Positions 35,016 to 45,562 are shown, numbered from the stretch's first letter. The stretch is DNA of 64,000 nucleotides from Candidatus Iainarchaeum sp. (GCA_026414365.1 JAOAJD010000001.1:413745-477744); one strand, 5' to 3'. Notes: generated by a model from the letters alone, not told the origin. Translations and numbers: made by a program.

Positions 35016-37442
35016 CTACTTTTTAATCAAAATATGCAAATTTTCTGAAATTTGGTTTGTTTTTTCATTCAACAATTTCTTTTCTATTCTCAGTCTTTTT
35101 ATGTTCATTGTTTTCGTGATATCTTCTATACTTTCATCTAATGCACTTTTTATTTTATCATCTTTAGTTATTAGGATAACTTCTGTTATTTCTTGATTCA
35201 TAGACATGTTATTTATTGTTTTATATTTCCTTATAGAGCTTATAACTTCTTTAACAATCTCTCCTTTTTGTTCGGCTATTTCATCTATTAAGTTTTCATT
35301 AACTGTTGGCCATTCTTCTAAATGTACACTTAACTTCTTGCCTTTCAATATTTCTTTATATATTTCCTCACAAATGTGGGGCATAAATGGAGCTATTAGT
35401 TTTATTAAATCATTTATAACTTTATAAAGAGTATACTGTGCAGCTTCTTTTGATTCATAGTCGTTACCATATATTCTATATTTCACTTCTTCTATATAGA
35501 AATCTGCAAATTCTAACCAAAAGAAATTTCTTATTGCAGCTAAAGCCTTTGAAAATTCATATTTCTCAAAACATTCTGTTGCAAATCTTTTCATTTTATT
35601 TAATTTACTGAGAATCCATTTATCACTCAATCGTAATTTGTATTCCTTATGTTCTTCTAATTCAAAGTTTTCGCATGCTACCATTACAAATTTTGCCGCA
35701 TTCTTTAGTTTATTAATGAACTTTTTGCCAGCAACAAACTCTTTTTCTTGAAATGGTAAATCTTCTCCTAAAGAGGCAGAAGCAGACCAGTATCTTAGAA
35801 TATCTGCAGAATATTTATTTATAATCTCTTCTGGATCTACAACGTTTCCTAAGCTTTTGGACATCTTTCTACCTTTAGGATCTAAAGCGTGTCCTGATAT
35901 TACAATATCTTTCCATGGTAAGCAACCGTTGTGCATATGAGCTTTTACTATTGTGTTGAAGGCCCACAAAGTAATAATATCATGTGCTTGTGGTCTCATA
36001 GACATTGGAAATATTTTTCTAAAGTATTTCTCGTCTTCTCTCCACTTTGCGTTTATTTGTGGTGTTAGAGATGATGTAAACCAAGTATCTAAGACATCAT
36101 CTTCAGGTTCAAATTCGTTACTTCCACATTTGCATTTAGTTTTTGGTTTGTCTACCAAAGGGTCTACCGGTAGCTCATCTTCATCTGCTAATTTTACTTC
36201 GCCGCATTTTTTACAATACCAAACTGGAAATGGCACACCAAAGAATCTTTGTCTTGATATGCACCAGTCCCATTGCAGCCCTTTTATCCAGTTATTATAT
36301 CTATGTCTCATATGTTCTGGATACCAATTTAACTCTTCACCTCTTACAATAAACTCATCTTTTAGATCTAAATATCTGACAAACCACTGTTTACTAACTA
36401 AAAATTCTACCTCTGTTTTACATCTCTCGTGCACATTAACTGTATGAATTATATTTTTTTGGGATACTAGAAAACCTTCTTTTTTTAAGTCTTCCAATAT
36501 TTTTTTTCTAGCACTTTTTATATCCATTCCTTCATATTTCCCTGCAATCTTTGTCATTTTGCCGTCTTTAGATATTGCAATCTTTAAAGGTAAATTATGT
36601 GCTAAATACCACTCTATATCTGTTTGATCACCAAAGGTACAACACATTACTATTCCAGACCCTTTTTGGGGATCTACTCTGTGGTCTGCCAATATTGGCA
36701 CATAATAATTATACAAAGGTACTTTAGCCTTTTTTCCAATTAGATGATTGTTTTTGTTATCTGCTGGGTTTACAAATATAGCTACACATGCGCCCAAAAG
36801 TTCTGGTCTTGTAGTTGCAATTATTATTTTACTACAGTCTTCAAGCTCAAAATAAATATCATTAAATGTTGATTCTATTTGTTCGTCTTCTAACTCAGCT
36901 TGTGCTATTGCAGTTTCACATTTAGGGCACCACATTGTTGGAGCCTCTTTCAGATACACCCTCCCTATCCTATATAAATCAATAAAACTTCTTTGGGCTG
37001 TTTTCCTACACCATTCGTCTATAGTTCTATACACTAAAGACCAATCAACACTCAAACCTAAGAGCCCAAACTGTTTTCTCATTCTTTCTTCTACTATTTT
37101 TGTTTCTTCTTGGCAAATTTTTATGAACTCTTCTCTTGTAAAGTTCTTTGCTAAAATATTTCTATTTTTTTCTACTAATCTTTCGGTAGCTAATCCATTA
37201 TCATCAAATCCAAATGGGTAAAAAACATTACATCCCTTCATTCTTTTGTATCTTGCAATAAAATCTGTATGCGTATAGCTGAAAGCATGTCCTATGTGCA
37301 TATTACCACTAACTGTTGGAGGAGGCGTATCTATGGAATAAATGGGTTTATCAGATTGTTCGTCAAATTTATATATATTGTTCTCTTCCCAATATTGCTG
37401 CCATTTTACTTCTATTTGTCTTAGCTCATTTAAATTTTGCAT
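35016..37442 (-). CDS. valS: valyl-tRNA synthetase
   Basis: Class Ia: IDTPPPTVSGNMHIGHA (HIGH), GFDDNGLATE, WCISRQ, KMSKSLGN. 808 aa and the N-terminal pattern fit archaeal ValRS better than Ile/LeuRS. Confidence 0.82.
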   Translation of the reverse strand: MQNLNELRQIEVKWQQYWEENNIYKFDEQSDKPIYSIDTPPPTVSGNMHIGHAFSYTHTDFIARYKRMKGCNVFYPFGFDDNGLATERLVEKNRNILAKNFTREEFIKICQEETKIVEERMRKQFGLLGLSVDWSLVYRTIDEWCRKTAQRSFIDLYRIGRVYLKEAPTMWCPKCETAIAQAELEDEQIESTFNDIYFELEDCSKIIIATTRPELLGACVAIFVNPADNKNNHLIGKKAKVPLYNYYVPILADHRVDPQKGSGIVMCCTFGDQTDIEWYLAHNLPLKIAISKDGKMTKIAGKYEGMDIKSARKKILEDLKKEGFLVSQKNIIHTVNVHERCKTEVEFLVSKQWFVRYLDLKDEFIVRGEELNWYPEHMRHRYNNWIKGLQWDWCISRQRFFGVPFPVWYCKKCGEVKLADEDELPVDPLVDKPKTKCKCGSNEFEPEDDVLDTWFTSSLTPQINAKWREDEKYFRKIFPMSMRPQAHDIITLWAFNTIVKAHMHNGCLPWKDIVISGHALDPKGRKMSKSLGNVVDPEEIINKYSADILRYWSASASLGEDLPFQEKEFVAGKKFINKLKNAAKFVMVACENFELEEHKEYKLRLSDKWILSKLNKMKRFATECFEKYEFSKALAAIRNFFWLEFADFYIEEVKYRIYGNDYESKEAAQYTLYKVINDLIKLIAPFMPHICEEIYKEILKGKKLSVHLEEWPTVNENLIDEIAEQKGEIVKEVISSIRKYKTINNMSMNQEITEVILITKDDKIKSALDESIEDITKTMNIKRLRIEKKLLNEKTNQISENLHILIKK

Positions 37443-37544
37443 ATAAAAAATTAGTTAATATAACTATTTAAATTGTTTTAATTTTCATAAGATTTAAATT
37501 ATATTTTTTATAAATTCTTTCATATTGGTCGGAATATAAAAAAA

Positions 37545-38669
37545 TTATTTTTGATTAAAAAGTTCTTTTCTTTTTTTCTCTATATCTTCTGTTTTGAACA
37601 ATTCTCTAATCATGCTCTTTTGTTTTTCATTAAAGTTCTTGGGTATTTCAATATTCACCTTTACGTACAAGTCTCCTTTTGAAAATGAGTTTATTTTTTT
37701 TATCCCGTGTCCCTTTACTTTAAAAACTGTTCCTGATTTTGTGCCGTCAGGTATTTTTAGTTTTACATTTCCTGTTAAAGAAGGTATGGTTATTTCTGCT
37801 CCTAATATTGCTTCAGATAAACTTATAGGTATTTCTAAGTATAAATCAGATCCATCTCTTTTGAAGATTCTATGCGATTTTACACTAACCGCAACTAAAA
37901 GATCTCCATATCCATCAGGCCCTTCATTACCTAAGTTAGCTACTCTCAGTATATCTCCATCATCTATACCTTCTGGAATTTTTATTTTTATGTTTTTTAT
38001 TTCTTTTATGTAACCTTCGCCGTTACATGTCTTACATTTTTTTTCTGCTATTTTTCCCTCACCACCGCAATTATGACATTTCGTAGTAGTTGTAAAAGTA
38101 CCAAAAGGAATTTTTTTTGTCTGTGTTATATATCCTTGACCATTACAAAAGTTACATGTTTTTAATTTTCCGTTCTCTGCTCCACTACCGTAACATTCTT
38201 TGCATTTTATCCTCCTAATTATTTCTATTTCCTTCTCAACACCTTTTACAGCCTCTTCGAAGTCTATAGTTAGGTTATATCTTACATCACTTCCAACAGA
38301 TCTATGTTTTGTTTTCTTTTTTTTGTTATCGAAACCAAAGTCGAAGACATCAGAGAAGTCAAAAGTTCTGCCAAACCCAAAGTCTTCAAAAATATCTGAG
38401 AAATCGAAATCACTAACAAAATTAGAAATATCTTGATAGTTATAAGTGCTTTGGAAAGCTTTTCCAAATCTGTCGTATTGTTCTCTTTTTTGTGGGTCGC
38501 TTAATACAGAATATGCTTCTGCAATCTCTTTAAATTTTTCTTCGGCATCTGGACTTTTATTTAGGTCAGGATGATATTTTTTAGCAAGATCTTTGTATGC
38601 TCTCTTGATTTCCTCTTGCGTTGCATTTTTTGGTACACCAAGAATCTCATAATAATCTTTGTCTGTCAT
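37545..38669 (-). CDS. dnaJ: chaperone DnaJ (Hsp40)
   Basis: J domain DYYEILGV...HPD. Four CxxCxGxG zinc-finger repeats. C-terminal substrate-binding domains. Confidence 0.95.
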   Translation of the reverse strand: MTDKDYYEILGVPKNATQEEIKRAYKDLAKKYHPDLNKSPDAEEKFKEIAEAYSVLSDPQKREQYDRFGKAFQSTYNYQDISNFVSDFDFSDIFEDFGFGRTFDFSDVFDFGFDNKKKKTKHRSVGSDVRYNLTIDFEEAVKGVEKEIEIIRRIKCKECYGSGAENGKLKTCNFCNGQGYITQTKKIPFGTFTTTTKCHNCGGEGKIAEKKCKTCNGEGYIKEIKNIKIKIPEGIDDGDILRVANLGNEGPDGYGDLLVAVSVKSHRIFKRDGSDLYLEIPISLSEAILGAEITIPSLTGNVKLKIPDGTKSGTVFKVKGHGIKKINSFSKGDLYVKVNIEIPKNFNEKQKSMIRELFKTEDIEKKRKELFNQK

Positions 38670-38688
38670 ATTATATCATTTGTTTTGT

Positions 38689-40533
38689 TTATTCTTCTTT
38701 ATACTCTGCATCTACTACATTACTATCGTTCTTTCTATCTTCGTTATCGTTTTCTTCATCAACATCACTTTTTTTCGGTCTAGCTTTTTGATACATTTCT
38801 ATTGATGCTTGTTGCACCTCGTTATTGAGTTTTTCTAAATAATTTCTTATTTTTTGAACATCTTTTTGTTCTTTGTCAAGTTCTTGTTTTAAATCCTTTA
38901 ATGCAGATTCTATTTTCTTTATTTTATCTTCACTTACTTTATCTTTTATTTCATTAAGCAACTTTTCAGTTGAGTATGCTACACTATCAGCTTGGTTTAT
39001 TAATTCAATTTCTTCTTTCTTTCTCCTGTCTGCCTCTGCAAATTGTTCTGCTTCTTTTCTCATTCTCTCAATTTCTTTTTCGTCAAGCTTTTGGGAAGCT
39101 ACTATTTTTATATTCTTTGATTTATTCGTGGCTAAATCTCTGGCAGTTACACTTAAAATGCCGTTTGCATCTATGTCAAAAGTAACCTCTATTTGTGGAA
39201 TACCTCTGGGTGCTGGCGGAATTCCGTCTAATATAAATCTTCCTAAACTTTTATTATCTTTTGCCAATGGTCTTTCTCCTTGTACCACATGAATTTCTAC
39301 TGCTGTTTGATTATCTGCCGCAGTAGAGAATATTTGACTTTTTCTTGTTGGAATTGTTGTATTTCTTTGAATAAGAGGTGTTGCAATACCACCCAATGTT
39401 TCTATACTCAAAGTTAGTGGAGTAACATCTAATAGCAAAATATCTTTTATTTCGCCGGCTAAAATAGCACCTTGAATTGCTGCTCCTTGTGCCACACATT
39501 CCATTGGATCAACACCTCTTTCAACTTTAGTTCCTAAGATTCTTTCTAAAAATCTTTGTACAACAGGCATTCTTGTTGGGCCACCAACCAATATAACTTT
39601 ATCAATGTCTGCAGGTGTTAGATTTGCATCAGCCAATGCCTGTTGTATAGGTTTTTCACATCTTTTAATTATGGGATCAACAATTTCTTCTAATTTTGCT
39701 CTTGTAATTTTCATAACTAAGTGTTTTGGCCCTGTTGAATCTACAGTTATGTATGGTAAGTTTATTTCAGTTTCTAAGACACTGCTCAACTCAATCTTTG
39801 CTTTTTCAGCAGCCTCTCTTAGTCTTTGCATAGCCATTTTGTCTTTTGTTAAGTCTACACCTTCTTTCTTTTTGAATTCTTTTACAATGTAATCAATAAT
39901 AGCATTATCCATATCTGTTCCACCTAACTGTGTGTCTCCAGAAGTACTTTTTACTTCAAAAACACCTTGTCCAAATTCCATTATTGTAACATCTAAAGTA
40001 CCACCACCTAAATCAAAGACTAATATTTTTTGTTCTTTTTCTTGTTTATCTAATCCATATGCCAAACATGCAGCAGTAGGTTCATTTATTATTCTCACCA
40101 CTTCCAATCCTGCAATTTTGCCTGCATCTTTTGTAGCTTGTCTTTGATTATCATCAAAATAAGCGGGGCAGGTTATCACTGCCTTCTCTACTTTTTCTCC
40201 TAAATATTCTTCTGCATCTCTTTTTATTTTTTGCAATATGAAAGCAGACAATTGCTGTGGTGTAAATTCTTTATTTCCTACTTTATATTTATAGTCACTA
40301 CCCATTTTCCTCTTAAATGCAGTAAATGTCCTTTCTGGATTTGTTGAGGCTTGTCTTTTAGCTGGTTCGCCTATAATAACATTGCCATCTTTGTCGAAAG
40401 CAACATAGCTAGGAAAAGCTTTACCATACATTGAAACTCCTTCTGCAGCAGGTATCATCTTTGGTTTTCCAGCTTCCATTACCGCTGCAGCAGAATTTGA
40501 AGTTCCTAAATCAATCCCAATTATTTTTCCCAT
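38689..40533 (-). CDS. dnaK: chaperone DnaK (Hsp70)
   Basis: [26 protein letters not shown] signatures. Start set at ATG 40533, 5 nt after GAGGTGG; the track start at 40542 is a GTG inside the SD. Confidence 0.97.
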   Translation of the reverse strand: MGKIIGIDLGTSNSAAAVMEAGKPKMIPAAEGVSMYGKAFPSYVAFDKDGNVIIGEPAKRQASTNPERTFTAFKRKMGSDYKYKVGNKEFTPQQLSAFILQKIKRDAEEYLGEKVEKAVITCPAYFDDNQRQATKDAGKIAGLEVVRIINEPTAACLAYGLDKQEKEQKILVFDLGGGTLDVTIMEFGQGVFEVKSTSGDTQLGGTDMDNAIIDYIVKEFKKKEGVDLTKDKMAMQRLREAAEKAKIELSSVLETEINLPYITVDSTGPKHLVMKITRAKLEEIVDPIIKRCEKPIQQALADANLTPADIDKVILVGGPTRMPVVQRFLERILGTKVERGVDPMECVAQGAAIQGAILAGEIKDILLLDVTPLTLSIETLGGIATPLIQRNTTIPTRKSQIFSTAADNQTAVEIHVVQGERPLAKDNKSLGRFILDGIPPAPRGIPQIEVTFDIDANGILSVTARDLATNKSKNIKIVASQKLDEKEIERMRKEAEQFAEADRRKKEEIELINQADSVAYSTEKLLNEIKDKVSEDKIKKIESALKDLKQELDKEQKDVQKIRNYLEKLNNEVQQASIEMYQKARPKKSDVDEENDNEDRKNDSNVVDAEYKEE

Positions 40534-40568
40534 AAACACCACCTCTTTTATTTTAAATATGTTAAACG

Positions 40569-41147
40569 TTATTTGCTTTCTTCTTTGTTATTATCTATAA
40601 CTTCAGAATTATCTGTATTTTCTTTATTTATTTTATTAACTTCTACCATTGCAGGCCTTAACAATTTTCCATTAATCATGTATCCCTTCCTAATAACTTT
40701 TGTTATTGTATCATTTTCTATATTTGGGTCATTCTTTAATAAAACGCACTCATGAATCCAATGGTCAAACTGCCCTTCAGTATTTACTTCTTTTACTCCA
40801 TTATCTTGTAAAATTTTAAAAAATTGTTTTCTCAAATTTACAAGCCCATCTAAAAAGTCTTTTTTTGTTAAATTTTCTGTTTTTTCAGTAGTTGCTATGG
40901 CTTCATCAAGAGAGTCCAGAATTGGCAAGAGTTGTCTTATTAGTTCGACATTCAAATATCTTTTTTGCTCTTCATATCTTTTTTCTGTCATTTTTTTATA
41001 GTTTTCAAAATCTGCTTGTATTCTTTGAGCTATTTCTTTATACTCTTGTACTTTGGCTTCACATGTTTCCAATTCTTTCTGTAATTCTTCTTTGGTTTTT
41101 CTAATTTTTTTTGCTTTTTCTTTCGTTTCCTCATTATTGTTTTCCAT
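40569..41147 (-). CDS. grpE: nucleotide exchange factor GrpE
   Basis: Coiled-coil N-terminus, [21 protein letters not shown]-terminal beta domain [14 protein letters not shown]. Start set at ATG 41147. Confidence 0.92.
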   Translation of the reverse strand: MENNNEETKEKAKKIRKTKEELQKELETCEAKVQEYKEIAQRIQADFENYKKMTEKRYEEQKRYLNVELIRQLLPILDSLDEAIATTEKTENLTKKDFLDGLVNLRKQFFKILQDNGVKEVNTEGQFDHWIHECVLLKNDPNIENDTITKVIRKGYMINGKLLRPAMVEVNKINKENTDNSEVIDNNKEESK

Positions 41148-41244
41148 AAATATCACTGTTCATAATATTGTCTAAAATATTTAATCAATTAAAAAATTTT
41201 TTAAACAAAAACAAATAAAAACCTTTCTTTTAAAAAAAATTTAT

Positions 41245-41673
41245 ATGACAAAAAAAGAAGATTTTAAAATAATAATAAAAAAAGTTGAAAAACCTTTTGA
41301 CAACACACCTTATGCCGAAATGAATTGGATTTGTGAATCTTTTGGATTTTTTGGCTCTGGACCTAGGTTAATCGCTGGCGAGATATTTAAAAGAATACTT
41401 CAAGAGACTGAGAACGGTAGAGGAATCAGTTCAACAGAGTTAGCTAAGCAACTTGGCTTGAGTAGGGGTTCCGTGATTCATCATCTAAACAATCTAGTTT
41501 TAAGTGGATTAGTGGTTAAAAGAGGAAGGCATTATTTTGCTAGATCAAAGTCAATATATAGAATATTAGATGAGTTAGAAGAAGAGATAGAATTTTTATT
41601 CCAAAGAATGAAGAAAGTTGCAAAGAAGATAGATGAAAGTTTCGGTATAGAGATAAATGATTCAGATTTCTAG
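41245..41673 (+). CDS. winged-helix (ArsR-like) transcriptional regulator
   Basis: HTH ISSTELAKQLGLSRGSVIHHLNNLVLSGLVVKRGRHY. Divergent from grpE across an 88-bp spacer. Confidence 0.7.
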   Translation: MTKKEDFKIIIKKVEKPFDNTPYAEMNWICESFGFFGSGPRLIAGEIFKRILQETENGRGISSTELAKQLGLSRGSVIHHLNNLVLSGLVVKRGRHYFARSKSIYRILDELEEEIEFLFQRMKKVAKKIDESFGIEINDSDF

Positions 41674-41755
41674 TTAAGCAATAACTTTAAATCTATCAAA
41701 TTTTTTAAATTCCTAACATCTTAGCTTAAAGTTTTTTTGTTGTTTTATCATATAT

Positions 41756-42280
41756 ATGTCTAAGGCTTTATATCTACTGCTTTTTCCGGGTGTTATTTTA
41801 CACGAGTTTTCGCATTACATTGCTTGTTTGTTAGTAGGTGTCAAAGTTCACAAAGCAAAGTTTTTTAGTTTTGAAGAAGCTTATGTTAAACATAGCATGC
41901 CAGGACTGTGGGAATCTCTATTTATAACAATATCACCTTTCTTTTTTTGTAATCTCTTAGGAATCATCTTTTTTATAGAAGCAAAAAATTTAATGAATTA
42001 TTATTTTTTGATTAGTGTTGTTTATTATTGGATTAGCCTATCTTCAATTTATTTTTCTTTTCCAAGTGATCAAGATGCACATAATTCTTTGCAGATACTT
42101 TTAGATTTTATAAAGAAAAAGGTTTTAATAGGTAAAATCTTTAATAGGATTTTTTGGCTGCTTATCTCACCATTTTTTGTTTTACCTATAATGATAATTC
42201 TTGCCATAATCCTTTTTTTTAATTATTTTTCTTTTTTGAGGTTGTTTTGGTTAATATTTGTAGTTGTAGCAGTTTCATAA
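41756..42280 (+). CDS. small polytopic HExxH membrane protein (M50/site-2-protease-like, tentative)
   Basis: GVILHEFSHYIACLLVGVKV at the first TM resembles the M50 HExxH start. Later FPSDQDAH is a possible third metal-ligand region. 174 aa, about 5 TM. Confidence 0.55.
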   Translation: MSKALYLLLFPGVILHEFSHYIACLLVGVKVHKAKFFSFEEAYVKHSMPGLWESLFITISPFFFCNLLGIIFFIEAKNLMNYYFLISVVYYWISLSSIYFSFPSDQDAHNSLQILLDFIKKKVLIGKIFNRIFWLLISPFFVLPIMIILAIILFFNYFSFLRLFWLIFVVVAVS

Positions 42281-42335
42281 GTTTTTCTGTGGGCAGTAGG
42301 AAATATTAAATATAAAGAAGTTTAAGATTACATTT

Positions 42336-42692
42336 ATGTCTCTTAAAAATAAAATAAAGAATATTAGGTATAAAGATAAAGAACTTTACGAAATAGCAAA
42401 AAGAGGAATAAAAAAAGGTTTGTCAAAGTATTCTAAAGACCGTCTGCTTTTTGTTCTTGTCGTAGTTGATGTAATTCTAATTGTTATGATAATCTTGGCA
42501 CTTATCTTTCTTTTTGATCCAAACGAAGATTTTTTTGATATGTTAGCTGAAAAAACAGGAATAAAATTTGATTCTTATGCCATACCTTGGGAATTAAAAT
42601 TGGCTTTATTTTTATTAACAATTTTCTTAACTTGGAAACTTTACTCATATACTGAGTGGTATAGGAAAAGGATAAAACATATTTATTCTTAA
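42336..42692 (+). CDS. hypothetical 2-TM membrane protein
   Basis: 118 aa. Basic N-terminus, TM LLFVLVVVDVILIVMIILALIFLF and TM LKLALFLLTIFLTW. No family recognised. Confidence 0.5.
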   Translation: MSLKNKIKNIRYKDKELYEIAKRGIKKGLSKYSKDRLLFVLVVVDVILIVMIILALIFLFDPNEDFFDMLAEKTGIKFDSYAIPWELKLALFLLTIFLTWKLYSYTEWYRKRIKHIYS

Positions 42693-42763
42693 CAAGAAAT
42701 ATGAAAACACGATAGGCAATTTTTTAAATTGTTTAAGTTTTAAATTTTATTGTCGGTGATCGC

Positions 42764-43081
42764 ATGGATAAAAATTCTTTAAATATAGTACTTGATGGTT
42801 TTAATGATGTAGAAAACAGTGTCAGAGAGTCAGTTTTGTTAAAAGCAGAAGTTTTTTGTAACAAAATAGAAGAAAAGTTGAAAAATAAGTGTAATTTGCA
42901 TATTCATATTAAGAAGCACAAACATGGTGACAAAGGTAGGATTAAATACGAAGTTAAGACTAAATTGACCACTGGTGGGGTTTTTTTTGAAGCCACCGAG
43001 TTTGATTGGGATTTGAAAAAAGCATTTTATAAATGCTTAGAGATTTTAGAGAGAAATATAAGAGAAAGGTCTTTTAAATAA
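42764..43081 (+). CDS. small HPF/RaiA (S30AE)-like protein (tentative)
   Basis: 105 aa. Residue pattern reads beta-alpha-beta-beta-beta-alpha: LNIVLDG / SVRESVLLKAEVFCNKIEEKL / CNLHIHIKKHK / IKYEVKTKL / VFFEATEFD / DLKKAFYKCLEILERNIRE. Confidence 0.45.
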   Translation: MDKNSLNIVLDGFNDVENSVRESVLLKAEVFCNKIEEKLKNKCNLHIHIKKHKHGDKGRIKYEVKTKLTTGGVFFEATEFDWDLKKAFYKCLEILERNIRERSFK

Positions 43082-43086
43082 TCAGT

Positions 43087-44064
43087 CTATCTCCAAATAA
43101 CTTTAACATGATCTGTTCTATATTTTGGATTAATTTTTGTTTCTTCTATTTTCATTCTTTTTCCAGCAGAGTATTCTAAAATTCCAAGCCACGCAATCAT
43201 AGCACCATTATCAGTAGCAACTTCTTTAGGCGTAACTTTTAATTCTGCCCCTCTTTGTTTGCACATTTTTTTTAAAATATCTTGCAATGCATTAGATGCA
43301 GCTACACCACCTGTAAGCAAGATTTCTTTTTTTCCAGTATGTGATAAGGCCCTCTCACTAACCTCAGCAATCATAGCAAAAGCATTATGTAGCAAAGAGT
43401 AGGACAAATCTTCTTTTTTGCATTCCCCTATTTTGTTTCTTGCTGCAGTTAACAAGCCAGAAAATACTAAATCCATACCTTTTACACTATATGGTAATTC
43501 TATATATTTTTCTGCTTCAAAATACATTTTGTCTAGTAAAGGCCCTGCTGGAAAACCTATATTTATATATCTGCCAAAAGAGTCTAATAAATTTCCAATG
43601 CCTATATCTATTGTTTCTCCATAAACTCTGTAGTACTTACTTTCAAAACCTATTATTTGTGTATTTGCACCACTCACATAAACAGCAATTGGGTCTTTGC
43701 ATTTACATAGTTTTATACCTATCTCTATATGTGCAACGCAGTGGTTTACTCCTATTATTGGTTTGTTAAATTTTAGAGCTAAGAACCTTGCTGTTGTAGA
43801 ACCGACTTTTAGACATTGTCCAATACCAGGACCTTGAGAAAAAGATATTAAGTCAATATCTTCTATTTTTAAAGATGCTTTCTCAAGTGCTGTTTTTATA
43901 ACGTTAATAGAATTTTTGTAATGAAAATCAGAAACTTCTGCTGGCTTTATGCCAGTGTATTTACTAGTAAAAGATTTCTTCTCGTTAGCAAGTATATTAC
44001 AATGCTCATCTACTATTCCACAGCCAAAAGTGTGGGCAGTCGATTCTATGCCTAAACAAATCAT
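43087..44064 (-). CDS. kae1: tRNA N6-adenosine threonylcarbamoyltransferase Kae1
   Basis: MICLGIESTAHTFG, GVNHCVAHIE and ATDNGAMIA signatures of Kae1/OSGEP. Confidence 0.93.
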   Translation of the reverse strand: MICLGIESTAHTFGCGIVDEHCNILANEKKSFTSKYTGIKPAEVSDFHYKNSINVIKTALEKASLKIEDIDLISFSQGPGIGQCLKVGSTTARFLALKFNKPIIGVNHCVAHIEIGIKLCKCKDPIAVYVSGANTQIIGFESKYYRVYGETIDIGIGNLLDSFGRYINIGFPAGPLLDKMYFEAEKYIELPYSVKGMDLVFSGLLTAARNKIGECKKEDLSYSLLHNAFAMIAEVSERALSHTGKKEILLTGGVAASNALQDILKKMCKQRGAELKVTPKEVATDNGAMIAWLGILEYSAGKRMKIEETKINPKYRTDHVKVIWR

Positions 44065-44230
44065 ATTTTAAAAAAGTGCCAAAATTACTAAAAATCTGTT
44101 TTTTGTACTAAAATATTTTGCTTTTCATATTCTCATAACTATTTTTATTCTTCATTAAAATATGTTTTAAATTACCATATATTTTAAACTAAGGGCTTCT
44201 AATTATTTTAAAAGTGAAAATATGCTTTTA

Positions 44231-44767
44231 TCAAATAGAAATTACAACAATTAGAATGTTTGTTATATTAAATAGCACATGTGATAAATATATTGCTACA
44301 ATATCTTTTGTTTTAAGGTAAAAATGTGCTAGAACATAGCCGAGAAAAAATGCTGCTATTATCTCAACTATCGAATTATAACCTATGTGTACTAATGCAA
44401 ACAACAAAGAGGACAAAAGTATACCTATTTTTTCAGTTAGGAAAACTCTAAAAAATATCTCTTCAACAAAAGTTCTAATTACTAACAGATAAATGAGAAA
44501 GTAAGGAGCATTTTTTATTAGATATCTTAATGTTTCATCTACTTTATAGGTGTCATTTATTTTTATCATAGTGAGGATTGTCAATATTAACCAACTTATC
44601 AGAATTAAAACTAAAAAAACAACTACTGTATTTTTAAGTGTTTCTAAAAAATTCTTTTTATAAATACCAAAAATCTCATTAATCTTTTTCTTTTCTCTCA
44701 ACCCTTGTATAATAACAAAAGATAGAAAAGCTAAATCTATCATTATGTTTAATATTAAATCCAACAA
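44231..44767 (-). CDS. CPBP-family intramembrane glutamic protease (CAAX protease-like)
   Basis: Motifs EEIFFRVFL, FALVH and HVLFN in canonical order within a polytopic 178-aa protein. Confidence 0.8.
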   Translation of the reverse strand: MLDLILNIMIDLAFLSFVIIQGLREKKKINEIFGIYKKNFLETLKNTVVVFLVLILISWLILTILTMIKINDTYKVDETLRYLIKNAPYFLIYLLVIRTFVEEIFFRVFLTEKIGILLSSLLFALVHIGYNSIVEIIAAFFLGYVLAHFYLKTKDIVAIYLSHVLFNITNILIVVISI

Positions 44768-44796
44768 AAAAATACCTTTTATTTCAATATTTTTAA

Positions 44797-45000
44797 CTAT
44801 TTTTTAACAATAGTTGATTCGCTATAACCACATTTCCCACAGGATAATCTGTCTTTATGTTGTGCCATAAAAACACCAGCTCCGCACTTTGGACAGAATT
44901 TCCTTGATCTTTTTAGTTTTTCATCTCCAATTTCGTAATATTTATATTTGTATGTTTTCACTTTCTTTTTTTCTCCGCTTTTTTTTGCTTTTTCAGCCAT
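44797..45000 (-). CDS. rps27ae: 30S ribosomal protein S27ae (eS31)
   Basis: Zinc ribbon [24 protein letters not shown]. Start set at ATG 45000, 4 nt after GGTGAT. Confidence 0.9.
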   Translation of the reverse strand: MAEKAKKSGEKKKVKTYKYKYYEIGDEKLKRSRKFCPKCGAGVFMAQHKDRLSCGKCGYSESTIVKK

Positions 45001-45005
45001 CTTCA

Positions 45006-45314
45006 TCACCCTTTGTTATCAGATTCTTTTTTGGATTTGTCTTCTATGCCTAAATTCTTTCTTAGGTTTTTCTTTGTTTCCACTTTCAAATATTCTTTTG
45101 AGTTATAAACTTTTGCAAACCCTTCTATCTCTTTACTACCAAACTTGTTTTCAATTTTGTCAATTATTATCAAATTTTCTTCTTTATCTAGCAATGCTGC
45201 TAATTTACTTTTTATTTCCTTTCTTGACGGTGTTTTTTCTGAGAACGTTTTAAATATTATTTCTTCTCTTTGTAAGAGAGGATTTTTATTTCTTTCCAAT
45301 ATTTCTAACTCCAT
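45006..45314 (-). CDS. rps24e: 30S ribosomal protein S24e (eS24)
   Basis: [21 protein letters not shown] is a typical S24e N-terminus. Start ATG 45314, 6 nt after GGTG. Confidence 0.9.
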   Translation of the reverse strand: MELEILERNKNPLLQREEIIFKTFSEKTPSRKEIKSKLAALLDKEENLIIIDKIENKFGSKEIEGFAKVYNSKEYLKVETKKNLRKNLGIEDKSKKESDNKG

Positions 45315-45334
45315 AAAAAACACCTTTATCCTTT

Positions 45335-45529
45335 TTACCTGCTCAACCTAAGAGCATATTTGCCTGGTGTCTCTATCCCCATTTTTTTTGAAATTTCTGA
45401 ATGTTCTGGCTTGAATATGTACACGTATCCTCTCCAGAATGTTGTAAACGTAGTACTTCCGCATACAGGGCATTTATCCCCTTCTTCGAAAACTTTTCTG
45501 CATTGTCTACATGCTTTAGGTTGCTTCAT
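45335..45529 (-). CDS. spt4: transcription elongation factor Spt4 (RpoE'')
   Basis: 64 aa. Zinc ribbon KACRQCRKVF..GDKCPVCGS, then W.G. SD GAGGTG. Confidence 0.88.
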   Translation of the reverse strand: MKQPKACRQCRKVFEEGDKCPVCGSTTFTTFWRGYVYIFKPEHSEISKKMGIETPGKYALRLSR

Positions 45530-45562
45530 AAATACACCTCTTTAATGACAAGTATGTTAAAA

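Noticed and set aside
41157-41244. CIRCE/HrcA operator, or a meaningful palindrome (TTAAAAAATTTTTTAA, 41189-41204), in the grpE/wHTH divergent spacer.
   Set aside because: No CIRCE-like GC-containing inverted repeat is present. The A6T6 palindrome is pure A/T and plausibly a chance or promoter-spacer feature at this base composition, so I mention it only as context.
33778-44064. Kae1 (43087-44064) and Bud32 (33778-34392) are unfused and about 9 kb apart, with no Cgi121 or Pcc1 nearby, as a possible KEOPS anomaly.
   Set aside because: Separate kae1 and bud32 genes are normal in many archaea. The small KEOPS subunits are hard to recognise and may lie elsewhere, so this is not evidence of anything unusual.
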